Part shown: in pieces, positions 24,001-36,409 of the stretch
Numbering within the stretch: position 1 is the stretch's first letter
Layout: each line of letters begins with the position of its first letter
Assembly (NCBI GenBank): GCA_043228905.1
Contig: JBHGNT010000009.1
Coordinates: forward strand, 10,292,001 to 10,356,000
Reading direction: 5' to 3'
DNA length: 64,000 bases
Source: Azolla caroliniana
Taxonomy: Eukaryota > Plantae > Polypodiophyta
Notes under the pieces: model-generated
What the model saw: only the letters and a program-made list of their open reading frames with translations
Database searches by the model: none
What the model was told of the DNA's origin: nothing
Position numbers and translations under genes: made by a program

Positions 24001-24574
24001 CGAGAAGGTCGAGGTGCGCGGGACCGGACGGGTCGAGGAGCGCGAGCAAGGCAGGAAGACGCCAGGAGGAGTCGAAGGGAAGGATCGGTAGACATTGACA
24101 CCACGATCCAACCTCAAGTTGAGCTTGAGGGGAGGTGTTGAGCGGACAAGCTCAACTGGATCCGGCTTGGCTGAATAAGCCGGAGCCGGATCGATATCCG
24201 GAACGGAGAACCGGATAGGTATTCAGAACCAAGAGCCGGATCGGATTGTAAACGATAGGCTATTAGAGGCCTACGATCCTAGCCTAGTACGTAGGCATAT
24301 TTTTAGGAGTCAATGTCAGTCGCTCATATGAGCATTGAAGTATATGTCAGTACTTATGTTAGTCCTTTTAAGGACTTGTATAAAAGTGCTCACTAAGCAC
24401 ATTGTATGTACCGAAGTTTTTTTGAAATTGAGTTTATGTTGTTCTGCTCTCTCTGTCTATGTCTCTTGTGTGTATATTGTATGTTCCAAACTCTCCATTA
24501 AACCCATGTTTTGCTTTCTGTTGTTATCCGGTGAAGCCAGTTCTGTCTACAAGCTTTTGCACGCTATTTTTACA
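21050..24574 (+). mobile_element. 5'-truncated Ty1/copia (RT-RH, 3' region, 3' LTR 24136-24574)
   Basis: YVDDLL, MKDLGDLHYFLGIE and TKHIEVHYHFV motifs. PPT CTTGAGGGGAGG, then LTR TGTTGAGCGG. Confidence 0.88.
21740..22372 (-). mobile_element. Solo LTR with AATGTG flanking duplication
   Basis: TG...CA termini. AATGTG at 21734-21739 and 22373-22378. Start resembles LTRs at 47909 and 49329. Confidence 0.8.
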
Positions 24575-25251
24575 AACAACAATCTTGGCGAGAGAAAACC
24601 CTCCTTCGTTCTTCGACCTTCAATCAATTTTATTGGTTAAAGAGAACCACATCCAAACCAAGAGTAAGAAGTCTGAAGAACAAATGTTCTTCTCGAATTC
24701 GGATGGTGGCCGAGGACAAGATTGTGGCAATAGAAGAGGTTAATTTGGCCCATCTCACGAAGGGAACTCAAACCTTTGACAAGAAAATGGAAGCCATCAA
24801 GGAACCTTCGGAAGAAGGGGGAGATTCCATGCGGAACAAGGTCAGCAAACCATGCTACGTACCTGCAAATATTGTGGAAAGATCGGTCATCGCGAAGATG
24901 AGTGCTGAAAGAAAAGAAGTGAGTCGGCTTCCACAAGCCGACAACTCACAAACTACGCCACCAACTCCAAATACGACAACTATGGTGGATTGTTCGTAAT
25001 GAGACATAGAGCGAACTCTCTGTTAGCCTTCGACTCCACAAGCACCTCCAACTCAAAAGACGTGTGGTTCGTCGACTCCGGCGCCTCACATCATATGATG
25101 TCACACATAGAGTGGTTTTGTGAATTAAGAAGGCGGGATCAACCCGACTACATAGAGACGGGAGACAACATCACATATCCTATTCGGCACATTGGCAATG
25201 TTCCATTCGGCAAGGATGGTGAAAACAATTGCATTAACAATGTCTTGCATG

Positions 25252-27114
25252 TGTCACATTCTAGACATGAACCTCTGACTTTTAACACACACACATTACA
25301 TTGTGTTGTGTTAACCATATGGAAACTCTTGTGAATTGTCCACATTCGATTGTGAACTTGTATATATTGTAGAGTCTAGTGTATAGTACATTCGAGAATA
25401 TTCTAGTCGTTAGTATATTCTAGAATTATTCTATGGTATATTCTAAACGGGTATATCGAGATATTTCTCGAGTATATTCTAGAGATATTCAATTTCGGAA
25501 ATTGTATAAATACTTGTAACATCCTTGGTCCCTTTCAAAGGATTCAACACCAGTCATTGACACATCAATCTAGTATTCTCGTTTTGCCTCATCTTTGTCT
25601 CCTTGATCATTATTTCTGTCTTCATGCCCTCATGGCGCTCACAACATCTAGAGTTCCTAGCCTCGTCACATCTAGCTCCAAGTTCATTCGTCGATCGTAG
25701 CCCCATCACATGTGCTCCGTCCAAGTCCACGCTTGGTGTGTCCATGACAGTTTGAATCCCTTCCAACTGGGAGCACTACTCGTCTTTGTCATCGTCTTTG
25801 CTTCTAGAGTTACCATCATCACCCTCCTTGCTTCCGGAGTTACTAGCATCAACATCCTTGTCTTCTACGTCATCATTTTCATCACCTCTTTGCCCAACCA
25901 TTGTCGTCATCAACACTACTTGTCATCATTTTTAGGTATCATTTTGCATCACGGTTTTGGTGAGGAGTGCTTTCGATTGCTCACCTTCCCAGTTCCGGTG
26001 GGGGTCACAACCGCTCACTTTTCCTGGTGGGGATCGGATCATTGCGTGCTTGCACTGCATTTTCGCTATAGTTCAAGTCTCGCGCCACTTTCTGTTGGCG
26101 AGGAACGATTTTGATCGCTCACCTTCTAGTTTCGGTGGGGGTCACAACCGCTCACTTTCCTAGTGGGGATCGCGTGGGTTTCTCGCTAGCGCTATCGTTT
26201 GTGCCGTGTCTTGGGTCAACCTTGACTATTTACCCTCTCATAATAGAAGTCGAGTCGACCGCTTCACTTGCACTACTTTGTCCGTTCGTGTTCCAGTTCT
26301 TGGTGAGGGTCGCATGGTCGCTCACGCCCGTTCATGTTCAATTCTCCGTGAGGGCCGTATGGTCGCTCACCAGTTCTCGGTGAGGGCCCCATGGTCGCTC
26401 ACATCCGTTCGTGTTCCAGTTCTCGGTGAGGGTTGCATGGTCGCTCACGCCCGTTCGTGTTTTCGATGAGGACCGCACATGGTCGCTCATGTTCCAATTC
26501 CCGATGAGGGCCACAAATGGTCGCTCACTCCTATTCGTGTTCCAGTCTCCGGTGAGGACCGCACATGGTCACTCACTCCCGCTATTGTTCTTGTTCTAGA
26601 TCCCGACGAGGACCGACATAGTCGCTCATGCCTGCTATTGTTCATGTTCCAGTTCCCGGTGAGGACCACGCATGGTCACTCACACCCGTTGGTGGCTGTG
26701 TTCCAACTCTCCGCAAGGACCGACATGGTCTCTCATGCCCGTTGGTGTTTGTGTTCCAGTTCCCGACGAGGACTGCACATGGTCACTCATGCCCATTGGT
26801 GTTCGTGCTCCCCATGAGTACTGCACATGGTCGCTCACGCCCGTTGGTATTCGTGTTCCAATCCAGGGTGAGGACCGCACATGGTCACTCATGTCCCTTT
26901 CAAGGGATTCAACACCAGTCATTGACACATCAATCTCGTATTCTCGTTTCGCCTCATCTTTGTCTCCTTGATCATTATTTCTGTCTTCATGCCCTCATGG
27001 CGCTCATAACATCTAGAGTTCCTAGCCTCATCACATCTAGCTCCAAGTTCATCCGTCGCTCGTAGCCCCATGATTTGTGCTCCGTCCTAGTCCGCGCTTG
27101 GTGTGTCTATGACA
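25252..27114 (+). mobile_element. Non-autonomous LTR element with internal tandem array and U3-less 3' LTR
   Basis: 5' LTR 25252-25749; partial 3' LTR 26893-27114; TSD GCATG/ACATG; no recognisable coding domains. Confidence 0.8.
26280..26892. repeat. Degenerate ~40-50 bp minisatellite (GAGGACCGCACATGGTCGCTCACGCCCGTTCGTGTTCCAGTTC-like)
   Basis: More than ten recognisable units. Confidence 0.9.
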
Positions 27115-29343
27115 ACATGTTCCTACAATAACAAAGAAGTTGGTCTCTCTTGGCCAAATCATGAAGCAAGGCATGCAAGTCCGTTTCAAGAATGGAGGAT
27201 GCTTTATGGAAAAAGATGGCCGACTCATAGCTAGGGAACGGAGAGACGGCTGAATGTTCATTCTCGATTCAAACGAGGTAAAATTAGTCATGTATGCCAA
27301 AGGTCTCAAAACCGAGACGAACATCGAGTTGTGGCACAAGTGAATCGGCCACATCAATCTCCAACAGCTTCGAGTTATACAATCAAAAGGAGTCGTCATC
27401 AGACTTCCGGCCTTTGAGTCAAAACAAGTCTACTGAATGTGTGAAGCGTGTCAACTCGACAAACAATATCAACTCACATTCCCAAAGGAGAGCTCCGTAA
27501 GCAAAGGCCTCCTTGACGTAGTCCACTCGGATGGATGGGGGGCCGGCTCAAACGCCGACGATCAGCGGATGCCGATACTATGTTACCTTCATCAACGACT
27601 ACTCCCGCTACACATGGATCTTCCCGATGAAGAAGAAGTGTGAAGTGCTCTCACACTTCCAAAAGCTCAAGAGTCAAGTCGAAAAAGAAACCGGTCGGCT
27701 ACAAATTGAGCTTGTTATCTCAAAACTTCCATGGAAGCCTTAGTCCCCCGTTTTATTGTGTGTAGCACATGATTTATTTTACTATCTTTTCCTCCAACAT
27801 GTCCTAACATTACAAATGTTTGGTTTCTTCTATGGTGACCTAATGGTTGCATCAAATTGTCCAACCTACCAAAGCATCTACATTCTCTCTCCCTCTGCCC
27901 TTGTTTGACTTGCAAGAGTAGAGCAATGAAGATACTTTGTCAATGCCTCCCAAATCATAGACCCAATTCAACGATGTTTCTCTAACTCTTTGGATTGTGT
28001 AGATCTTGCTTTCTTTTTTTAACCACACAATGCCCATTAGGAGTCAGGTTTTGTCCTATTTCTTAACTTCCATTGATGTGCTTCTCATGGTTCCCTTTGT
28101 GGAGTTGTTCTTGTTATAGGTCCCAAACATGTGACCACTTTCACAATAGGTACTAATCATGCATTGATTGCCATTGGTTCATCTCACTACTTGAGCACTT
28201 TTGGTAGGCCATGGAGAAAGAAGCACACCCTATACGAGTTTACCATCAACCACAACATCATCATGCAAGGCCAAATTCACCTTGCCTGATTGTTTATAAA
28301 CTACGGTGATTCAATTATTTGTTAAATAATTAGTCAATCCATCAATCTTATGAGGTGGGCTCATTCTGTTTCCTTCTTTACCTTGAGATATTTTACCAAG
28401 AAAGGAAACATTTGCCAACAGAATTGAATACTTTTTTACCATTGAACTAGTAGTTTTTCAACCTATCGTGCATAGTAACCATGAGATGGAAAACCATTTG
28501 CTCTGATTGATGTTTCATGTGGAGGACATAAGACCTTCAAGCAACAATGATTAAATAAAAAATTTAAGAGAACATGGGCCAAACCATCTAACTGGTTTGC
28601 AATATAAGGAGGGGATAGCAAATGTGATTTATAACTTTAAGATACCATAGTTACACAACTTAGAAATAGAGACATAATAGGATGTCGCCTAAACAGATTC
28701 CAGTAGTTGTTCTATAATAACCACAAGTGTCATAACCATTGTAGCTTCAATGGAATAGCTAAACATTTGAACTTATCATGTAATAGCCAAACATTGTAAC
28801 TTTTCAGTTCAATATGGATCATTTTAATTAGTTTTGGTTTCAAGCATTAAACATCTATCATTCAACAACTGAAAGAAAGCAGCATTATATATAAATAGCT
28901 ATTAAGTAAGACAACTACATCCCTGGAGTGCATTGACATGCCTCCAATGTTTATCCAGTTAAAACAAATCAGATTCTTTCTCTGAACATAAGTGCATAAA
29001 AAATATCTTTTACTTATGGAGAGTTGACATATGACTACATTGTAAGTGACCTCATTAATCGAGAGGCAATATATACTCAAATAACCAGCAAAAGAGATTG
29101 CCAGGGTTACATCATTGTTCAAGCAATTTCCGATTTAAAAACATAGGACGTAGCAAAATCTCTGATCGATGTTGCCTATGACTTGAACAATGTAGAGGTC
29201 GTATATGTGCTTTGGAGGTAAGCGAAGGAATCATCTTGATCCATGGATCAAACATATAACAATTCGCCCAAACCATACAGAGTTGTCTATTGCACAACTT
29301 TACTTGATTGGAAGAAAGTAAGTACTATGTAAATTAAAATCTT

Positions 29344-30601
29344 TCAAAAGAATGGAACAAGCTCTACTGCCTGGACTGCCATATGCCTAATGACATCCGG
29401 CCGTTGTTTCCCGTACATCCTAATGCATTCATCCCTAGCTAGTTGCACAAGCACAGACCTATATTCTGGATCAGGTGACATTGTAGCTAGCATTACTGCG
29501 AATGTCACAGTGCGGAGAAACCCTGGCACAGTCTCGTACATGGCAAGAACAACCTCCATAGCTGTTGAGTTTGCAAATTCTTCTGGCTCCTTGAAGTCTC
29601 TTGTATACCCTGAGGTAAGAAAATTAGCTAGAAAAGCATTTGAATAGCCCCCTAAAATCCATTGTTTTTCTTGTTTTGTCAGATGTGTCAGTGTATCAAG
29701 CTTCCTCTTCACCTCAATGAAGATACTGGCGAGCTTTTTGCTTGCTGGGAATGGACCTTGGGCTCTGGTAGTTGCAACAGAGTAGACCTCCTCTGCAGCC
29801 TTATCATAGTGCTCAAGATAGGAGTCTGATAACTGTTGGAGCTCGGGTTCGAGCATTTTCTCTAAGACACACCTCTCACAGTTGCAATTGAATCCCCCAC
29901 CAGTCCGAATGAGTACCTTATCCCGCTTCCTCAAGGGAGACATGCAATCAGTATAACAAATGCTTATCTCTTCATTTGCTTTCATGGCTTTTGCAGCAAT
30001 AAAAATCATAACTTCTCCAACCAAAAGACGGCCCACATTCGGGCTACATGAATGGTTTACGAACGAGGGAAGAAGCCAAAGTGCATTGATTTTCGATTCT
30101 AATTCAGGCTCACTTCTGGGGGCCGGGATTTTCCCAGAAAATGAGTTTGTTATGATTATATGCTTGATTCGAGCTTCATCAAAAGCCATATCCTCATTTT
30201 CTTCCTCATTGAGGGAGAAAAACTCAGAATCGCTGACTTTCTGGTCAAAAAGCTCAACTTTCGGCACATTATGAACATGGTGGCTGTGATGATGCTTTTC
30301 TACTGACCCCGCCAACGAATATAGCTGGCGCAGTGCCCTTGGCGAGGACTTCACAATCGACATGACTTTATCATACATTTCTCGATTTCCATCATCGTTG
30401 TATGCGGCCGAAAAGGCATTGCTAGCAATGAGGATTTGTCCTACAGAGACGTCTTCTGTGAGAAAGAGACCCCTGCCGCGGCCATCTCTTGTTAGGCCGA
30501 TCCGTAAAGGGCCGATAAAGTCAGGAATCTTGGGTGCCTTTCGATAATCAGCCCCGGAAAGGAGATATTGGGATAGATCGATAGTCTCGCAAGATGCTTC
30601 A

Positions 30602-30643
<42 letters not shown>

Positions 30644-30762
30644 GCATACAAAGAAGAAGAAGATGAAGAAGAAGAAGAAGAAGAATACCTTAAGGTAGAC
30701 CTGATATAGTTTATCGATCTGTTATTCCACAGAGAGGCGGTTCGAAGCTGAAGAAGAAGCAT
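29344..30762 (-). CDS. Intronless SET-domain lysine methyltransferase (ATXR1/SDG35-like) with N-terminal poly-Ser extension
   Basis: 472-aa intact ORF. Motifs GRGRGLF, NHSCSPN, EEISICY and post-SET FNCNCERC. Confidence 0.85.
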
Positions 30763-33460
30763 TTCTTCACGCTAAAGCAGTCACAATAAGCGAGACAGTA
30801 CACAGCAACAGCAAAGCCCGCGGAGGAGAGGAATGTTAAAACTTAAACCCTCCCATATATTTCTTAATTCCTGCAAATACCCCTCCCCCTAACCCACAAC
30901 GTTTTCGTTATTTCCCTAAAATGCCCTTGCCTCAACTAACGTACTTCCTTGCTTCGTGTGTGTGTGTGTGTATGTGGTTTGGTTTGGTTTGGTTTCAAGG
31001 CCAAGAAACCGAACCGAACCGGGCCCATTGCTATTCTCTCCAACCAATCTGCTAAGGATATATCTTCACTAAAAGAACCATACTTCTCACTAATAGGAGG
31101 TTTGCCAAAATATACCGTTGTAGCTCTCACAAAAGCAATGCACAATTTGAGGTTTTAACCCACTTGAAAAGCCTTAACAACCATTTTGAAGGTTCTAATC
31201 GGAATGTTGTTCCTAATCGGAAAAGCCTTAACAACCATTTTGAAGGTTCTAATCGGAATGTTGCTCCTCATCTCTCATGAGATTCCTAAAAGACCCTTTA
31301 GTTTCAAGAAATAAATTTGTAGCATGTGGTTTCATTCCCCCATAGAATGAATGCCATGCATGACCCCATGATGATGCATTGACCTAAAACTTGTTGGTAT
31401 GATTCTGAATGTCGGGAAATAAGCATTAGGCTTAAAAGGAATTTACCGAGAGGGACTCAATGCTTAGAAACACCCTTTTAGTGATTGGTTCGAAAGAAAA
31501 GAGGGAAATATCTCAATTTAACTAAGGCACAAATGTGCTCATGTGGAATTAGTGTGAATATGGTCATAAAATATCTTGCACCCAATTGAGACCACATGCC
31601 AAAATTGTTTGAAAGTCAAGCATTCCATTAGAAGTTTACAAAAAAGAAGGTATACATGGTGATATACATTGTTTTCATGCATATAGAGCTTTTGCATCAT
31701 TGATTGTTTGAATATTTAATAAAGTAGTATTCAAGGGCTTCTCAACAAGTGGGGTCTCCTTGGCCAAATCATGAGCTCTCCTTTGTCAATCAAGCCTACA
31801 ATTTAGAAAGAAAATATGAGAATGCATGTCTTGAAAATGAGTAGCAAGAATGCGTCGAGACTAACAACATCCAAGCATTGAATAGAAACACGAACATATA
31901 TACAAAGCAAGGGGTTTCTCTCCATCATGTCATTAGGATAAGACAAGTACTAGGAGACCCTTTATAAATGAAAGCAAGGAAGGGCAAGGGGAATAAACAA
32001 AAGAGAAATCAACAGCAGTATAATTTGCAAAATAATCTATTATAGCTTAACTTTAAAACACAATATAACATCTTTTACTAATGTCTTTTGGTACCTTTAT
32101 CAAAGATTATGTCTTACTCGAGTGTTCTTCTTGAGAACCACCTCAAGATTGTTAGCTAGCCAAGTTGACTCGAGGTGTGAAAGGGCCGAAAGGCCGAATG
32201 TTGTGTAGGCGAAACAAGTAGTCGAACGAGTGTGGAGTCGAACAAGTGTGCAGTTGAATGAAAGCCGAAAAATAGATAATGCCGAATATAAATAATAGGT
32301 TTTGGTACCTTTATCGAAGATTATGTCTTTTGGTAATGTCATTTGGTACCTTTATCAAAGATTACGTCTTACTCGAGTGTTCTTCTTGAGAACCACCTCA
32401 AGATTGTTACTTAGCCAAGTCGACCCGATGTGTTAAAGGACTGAAACGCTGAATATTGTGTAGGTGAAAAAAGTAGTCGAACAAGTGTGGAGTCTGACAA
32501 GTGTGTAGCCGAACGATAGCCAAAAAATAGATAATGTTGAATATAAATAGTAGGTAGTTGTAACTGTAGGAGTTTACTATTCTTGCTAAACAACATGTTA
32601 TATTTTCTTGACGTAAGCTTCCCATGCCACCTATAAAAAGGGGCATAGGGCACTGTAAAATCTATTGGTCTATAAGTGTATCAAGGTTAATATAGTTGTT
32701 TTTATTGAGGGAACTTTGTGTCCAACTGTGCTTTGTAATTTAACTGTGTAAGTCGATCAGTTGTGGCCAATTCAATTAGGGTACTTAGGAAGTAAGTATC
32801 TGACTTGTGTACTGTCGAGAGGATGGTAACACAAATTTAGCATGCTCGATTCGATCTGTGACAGACAAAGAACACTAGAAGCTTGATGTCGTATGATCGC
32901 AATAGCAACGACGGCTCTATGAGACGCAAAGAACCTCATACTCGATCAGAACATTAACAAGCACAAGCAAAATTCGTTCGGCAGGAGGCCGAAGAAGATT
33001 TAATTTTGGATTTAGAAACTTTCGACGAGAGCAGTTCATAGGATGAGACGTTCGACATTTGTGAAAGCAGCTTTTCAATCTACATACAACAAGACGACAC
33101 AATGTCGTATCCTTACCCTAAGTATAATGATGAAGCAGATGTTGAAGCAGATGTTGAAGCGCATGTACGCGCATTTCTTACTATATGGTAGGCAAACCAT
33201 GTGTCATAGAGATTATCATAAGCAGACGCAGATGCGTCAAAGATAGCCGAATTCTGATTATCACTAGAAGGCCAGTCCGCAAATTGGTACTCCCAGTACG
33301 ACCTTGGTGAATTCGAATCATTTACACAACTAACTGACAAATTTGTCCAATTGTTTCACTAGCAAATCGCACAGTGAGAACTGATGAGGCAATTCTATGC
33401 TGCATACCAGGAGCAATATGAAACAATTCCACAATTCATTATTAGATTCTAGAATCTAAG

Positions 33461-34215
33461 TGATAGGGTGTTTAAGACAAAGGGTAATCTTACACTATAT
33501 GAGGGCTTGACCAAACCAGTTAGATGGAGTTGTGACTCATAATATTTTATATAGATCAAGAGAGACTCAAGAAATTAAGAAAAAAAGATAGAGAATATGA
33601 GAAAGAGATAAGATTGTTATGATATTCCAACATCAAGACAATACAAAGGAGATAAACTCCACATTCAACTAAGAAACCAAAGACCTTCTTGCTACCAATC
33701 ACTCAAAAACCACAATTAAGACCCTTCCTCTTTCACTAAGATATCTCTTCCTAAGATTCCCTCTCCTCTATTAGGATCCTCTCCCTATTAGTCCCTTGAT
33801 CTAAGACTATCACTTCCTCTTTTATAATTTTCTTCATCTTCCTCGTTCACGCTATTTTTAGAAGCTTTTTATCTCCTATTTTTAGCTAAGACCCAACAAC
33901 CTTCTAATCGTCATATCTCCCTCATCAGAGCTCCAAATTTAGGGATTTAAAACGCAGTAGATAGCTCTCTTTACAAGCTTTCTAACCTATATTTAAACAT
34001 AATGTTTGGGTGAAAAATGAAGGAGTTATGACTATTCCTTTGTTATTGTTTTTTATGGTCCGCTTTTTCTCTTTTTACTTTTCTCTTGTTCTCTTACTTT
34101 TACTTTTGACTTCTTCCTAAGGTCTTGGTTTGTGTTCTTAGCCTCCAAATGTGAGTTATCCATACTTTATATTCTTCTAATGTTGAATGACTTAGATTCT
34201 AAAAACACTTTCACA
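33461..34215. mobile_element. Solo LTR, TSD CTAAG
   Basis: TG...CA termini, CTAAG at 33456-33460 and 34216-34220; host gag sequence resumes across it. Confidence 0.8.
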
Positions 34216-35453
34216 CTAAGGAAACAATTGGCGAGGCCGCCACCAAAGGAAGATATGACAGAAACATTTCTCATTGCACGAGACTCTAAGAACGACATGG
34301 GTGGTTTTGGATTTCAAAACCGATACATTAGAACAAGCCATTGATTGGGTCCTTTATATGTAATAAGCTCAAAACAGTGTTGGCATGTCAATGGCAGCAC
34401 TAAGAAAGCTTTGTCAAAAGAGGAGGAGATTCTATTTCAGCAAGCTATACAATGTACAACATGTCTTAATCCGGGACATTCATCGATTGAATGCACTATA
34501 TGGACGCACTGCCCGATTTGCCATTCCATGGCCCACACTTTAGAGCAACGTGAATATAACTTGTTAAACAAACTCACTACGCCCATTCGACAAATAGAGC
34601 CAAGAGAAGATAGAATTCGGCACGAAGACCGTGGCCGGCAAACACACCTATTCAGAGAGCATGATCGACCCCAGTATCAGGAAAGATTCCGGTCAATGGA
34701 TGACAAATTTAGGGAAGATGAATATAGAAGAGAAAGCCGAAATAGATATGATCGAGATTATTCACCCCGACATGAATCAAGAGCAGACAGATGGCCATTC
34801 AGCAACAATAATAAACTCGGTGGAATTGAAAATTCAAGACCCTATGAAGATAAGAAAAGGCATTACGATCAACAAGTAGAATATAATCACCGGTTCCAAC
34901 CATACGAGGACAAATGAGACGATCAGAGACGTCCGACACATGCCAGACAATTTCAATACAATCACGGCCCCGAAATGAACCAGATAGGCAACAATTCCAA
35001 CCGCAACAAGCACAATTTGAAAGATGCAAGTTGAGTGAGTCGACAAAGCCAATTTGTTTTAATTGCTGAAAAGACGGGCACTATGCAAATGTGTGCCCAG
35101 ATAAAGACAGATGAGTGAATCGACAAAGCCAATTTGTTTTAATTGTTGAAAAGACAGGCACTACGCAAATGTGGGAAAGGCCCAATCGTCAACATGGTAA
35201 CAGTTGAGACCTAGCGAGTTACCACAAGAAGTAAAGCAAAACCATCTAAGTGACGAAATTCGAAATGGGGCAAAGATATGGATCGAAAAAGAAAATAACA
35301 AGAATGTTGATCATATGTAGCACAAAATGCAAAATATATAGCAATAGGCAAATCCCAATCAAAAAAACAATCCTCAGTGGCCGATGAACCAATTGTAGAG
35401 AATTCAACTTGGCAAGCCTTGGTTGGCTGCCAAATCACAACACCATTAAGCGG

Positions 35454-35850
35454 TGTTGAGAATCAAGCTCAACCTAGTCTAGTGTGTGAACACACCTTTT
35501 GAGAATCTATGAGCACTCAAAGGTCAAATGTCACCACTACTTTCTACACATTAACTATGTGTCACAGAATCATATTTTATGACACATAACTAACGAGTTT
35601 CCACATTCCCTATGACACATGAGCTTCAGTGAGAGAATGTAGAGAGAGGACCGTGACTTTATATAAAGCACCTCTCTCCCTCTTTTGTACTTGGTTGTTT
35701 TCTATTGTATTTCTTACTCCTTGTTAATATACATTTGAGTCTTTTTATTTTCCGATCTATCTTGTGTCTCTTCTCTCCTCTTTCACACACACATAACACA
35801 CATCTCTAATCTATTCCGCATAACATAATTACTCTAGCTAATTATTTACA
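35454..35850 (+). mobile_element. Solo LTR, TSD AGCGG
   Basis: TGTTGAG...TTTACA, AGCGG on both sides; homologous to 14373-14780. Confidence 0.85.
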
Positions 35851-36138
35851 AGCGGATTGTTAGATTTGGTACCTCGGTTCAAAGAAACTTTGGCGATGAT
35901 TGTGACAAAAGACAAACTACCGAGCATGCCGATTAATTTTACAAATTCAAGTGAAGGACCTGTGGTATTGGATGAGCAAAATCCAGTATTTGAAGTAATT
36001 ATCAAGGGTAAAGAGGTACCCATAAGTATTATAGATGGAGGCTCAGGGGTTAACGTAATAACTAAAGCAACTTGTGATCGTCTTGGCATCCAACAATGGG
36101 AGGTCTGCCCATTCTAGCTTCGGATGGATAACACGAGT

Positions 36139-36409
36139 TGTTAGAGCTTAATCCTAATGTAAGCATATGATAAGGAAATAATAGATAGATAGATAAATGT
36201 GTCAAATGAGGGTATCTAGGCCTCATATTTATAGCCAGACCCAAGGGCCCCAAGCAAGTTCACACTTGACCCTTATGGGTTGTCTCAATTCCTAGGATTA
36301 AAAGTAATCCTCCATTATTTACACTCTCATTTAACCCTCACACTTTATCCACGTGTATAGATTAATATGGTACAATACCATGGGATAATTTATGGTCATG
36401 CATGTAACA
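36139..36409. mobile_element. Short solo LTR (271 bp), TSD CGAGT
   Basis: TGTTAG...GTAACA, CGAGT on both sides, inside the protease region. Confidence 0.75.

Larger units (their letters stand above)
24575..27700 (+). mobile_element. Ty1/copia gag end-protease-integrase fragment
   Basis: ARENPPSFFDLQS, WFVDSGASHHM, CEACQ and YYVTFINDYSRYTW motifs; interrupted at 25252-27114. Confidence 0.85.

Noticed and set aside
26280-26892. CRISPR-like repeat array
   Set aside because: Units are degenerate tandem copies without unique spacers; eukaryotic TE context and no cas genes.
27700-28460. Possible decayed coding fragment
   Set aside because: No motif I could assign with confidence.
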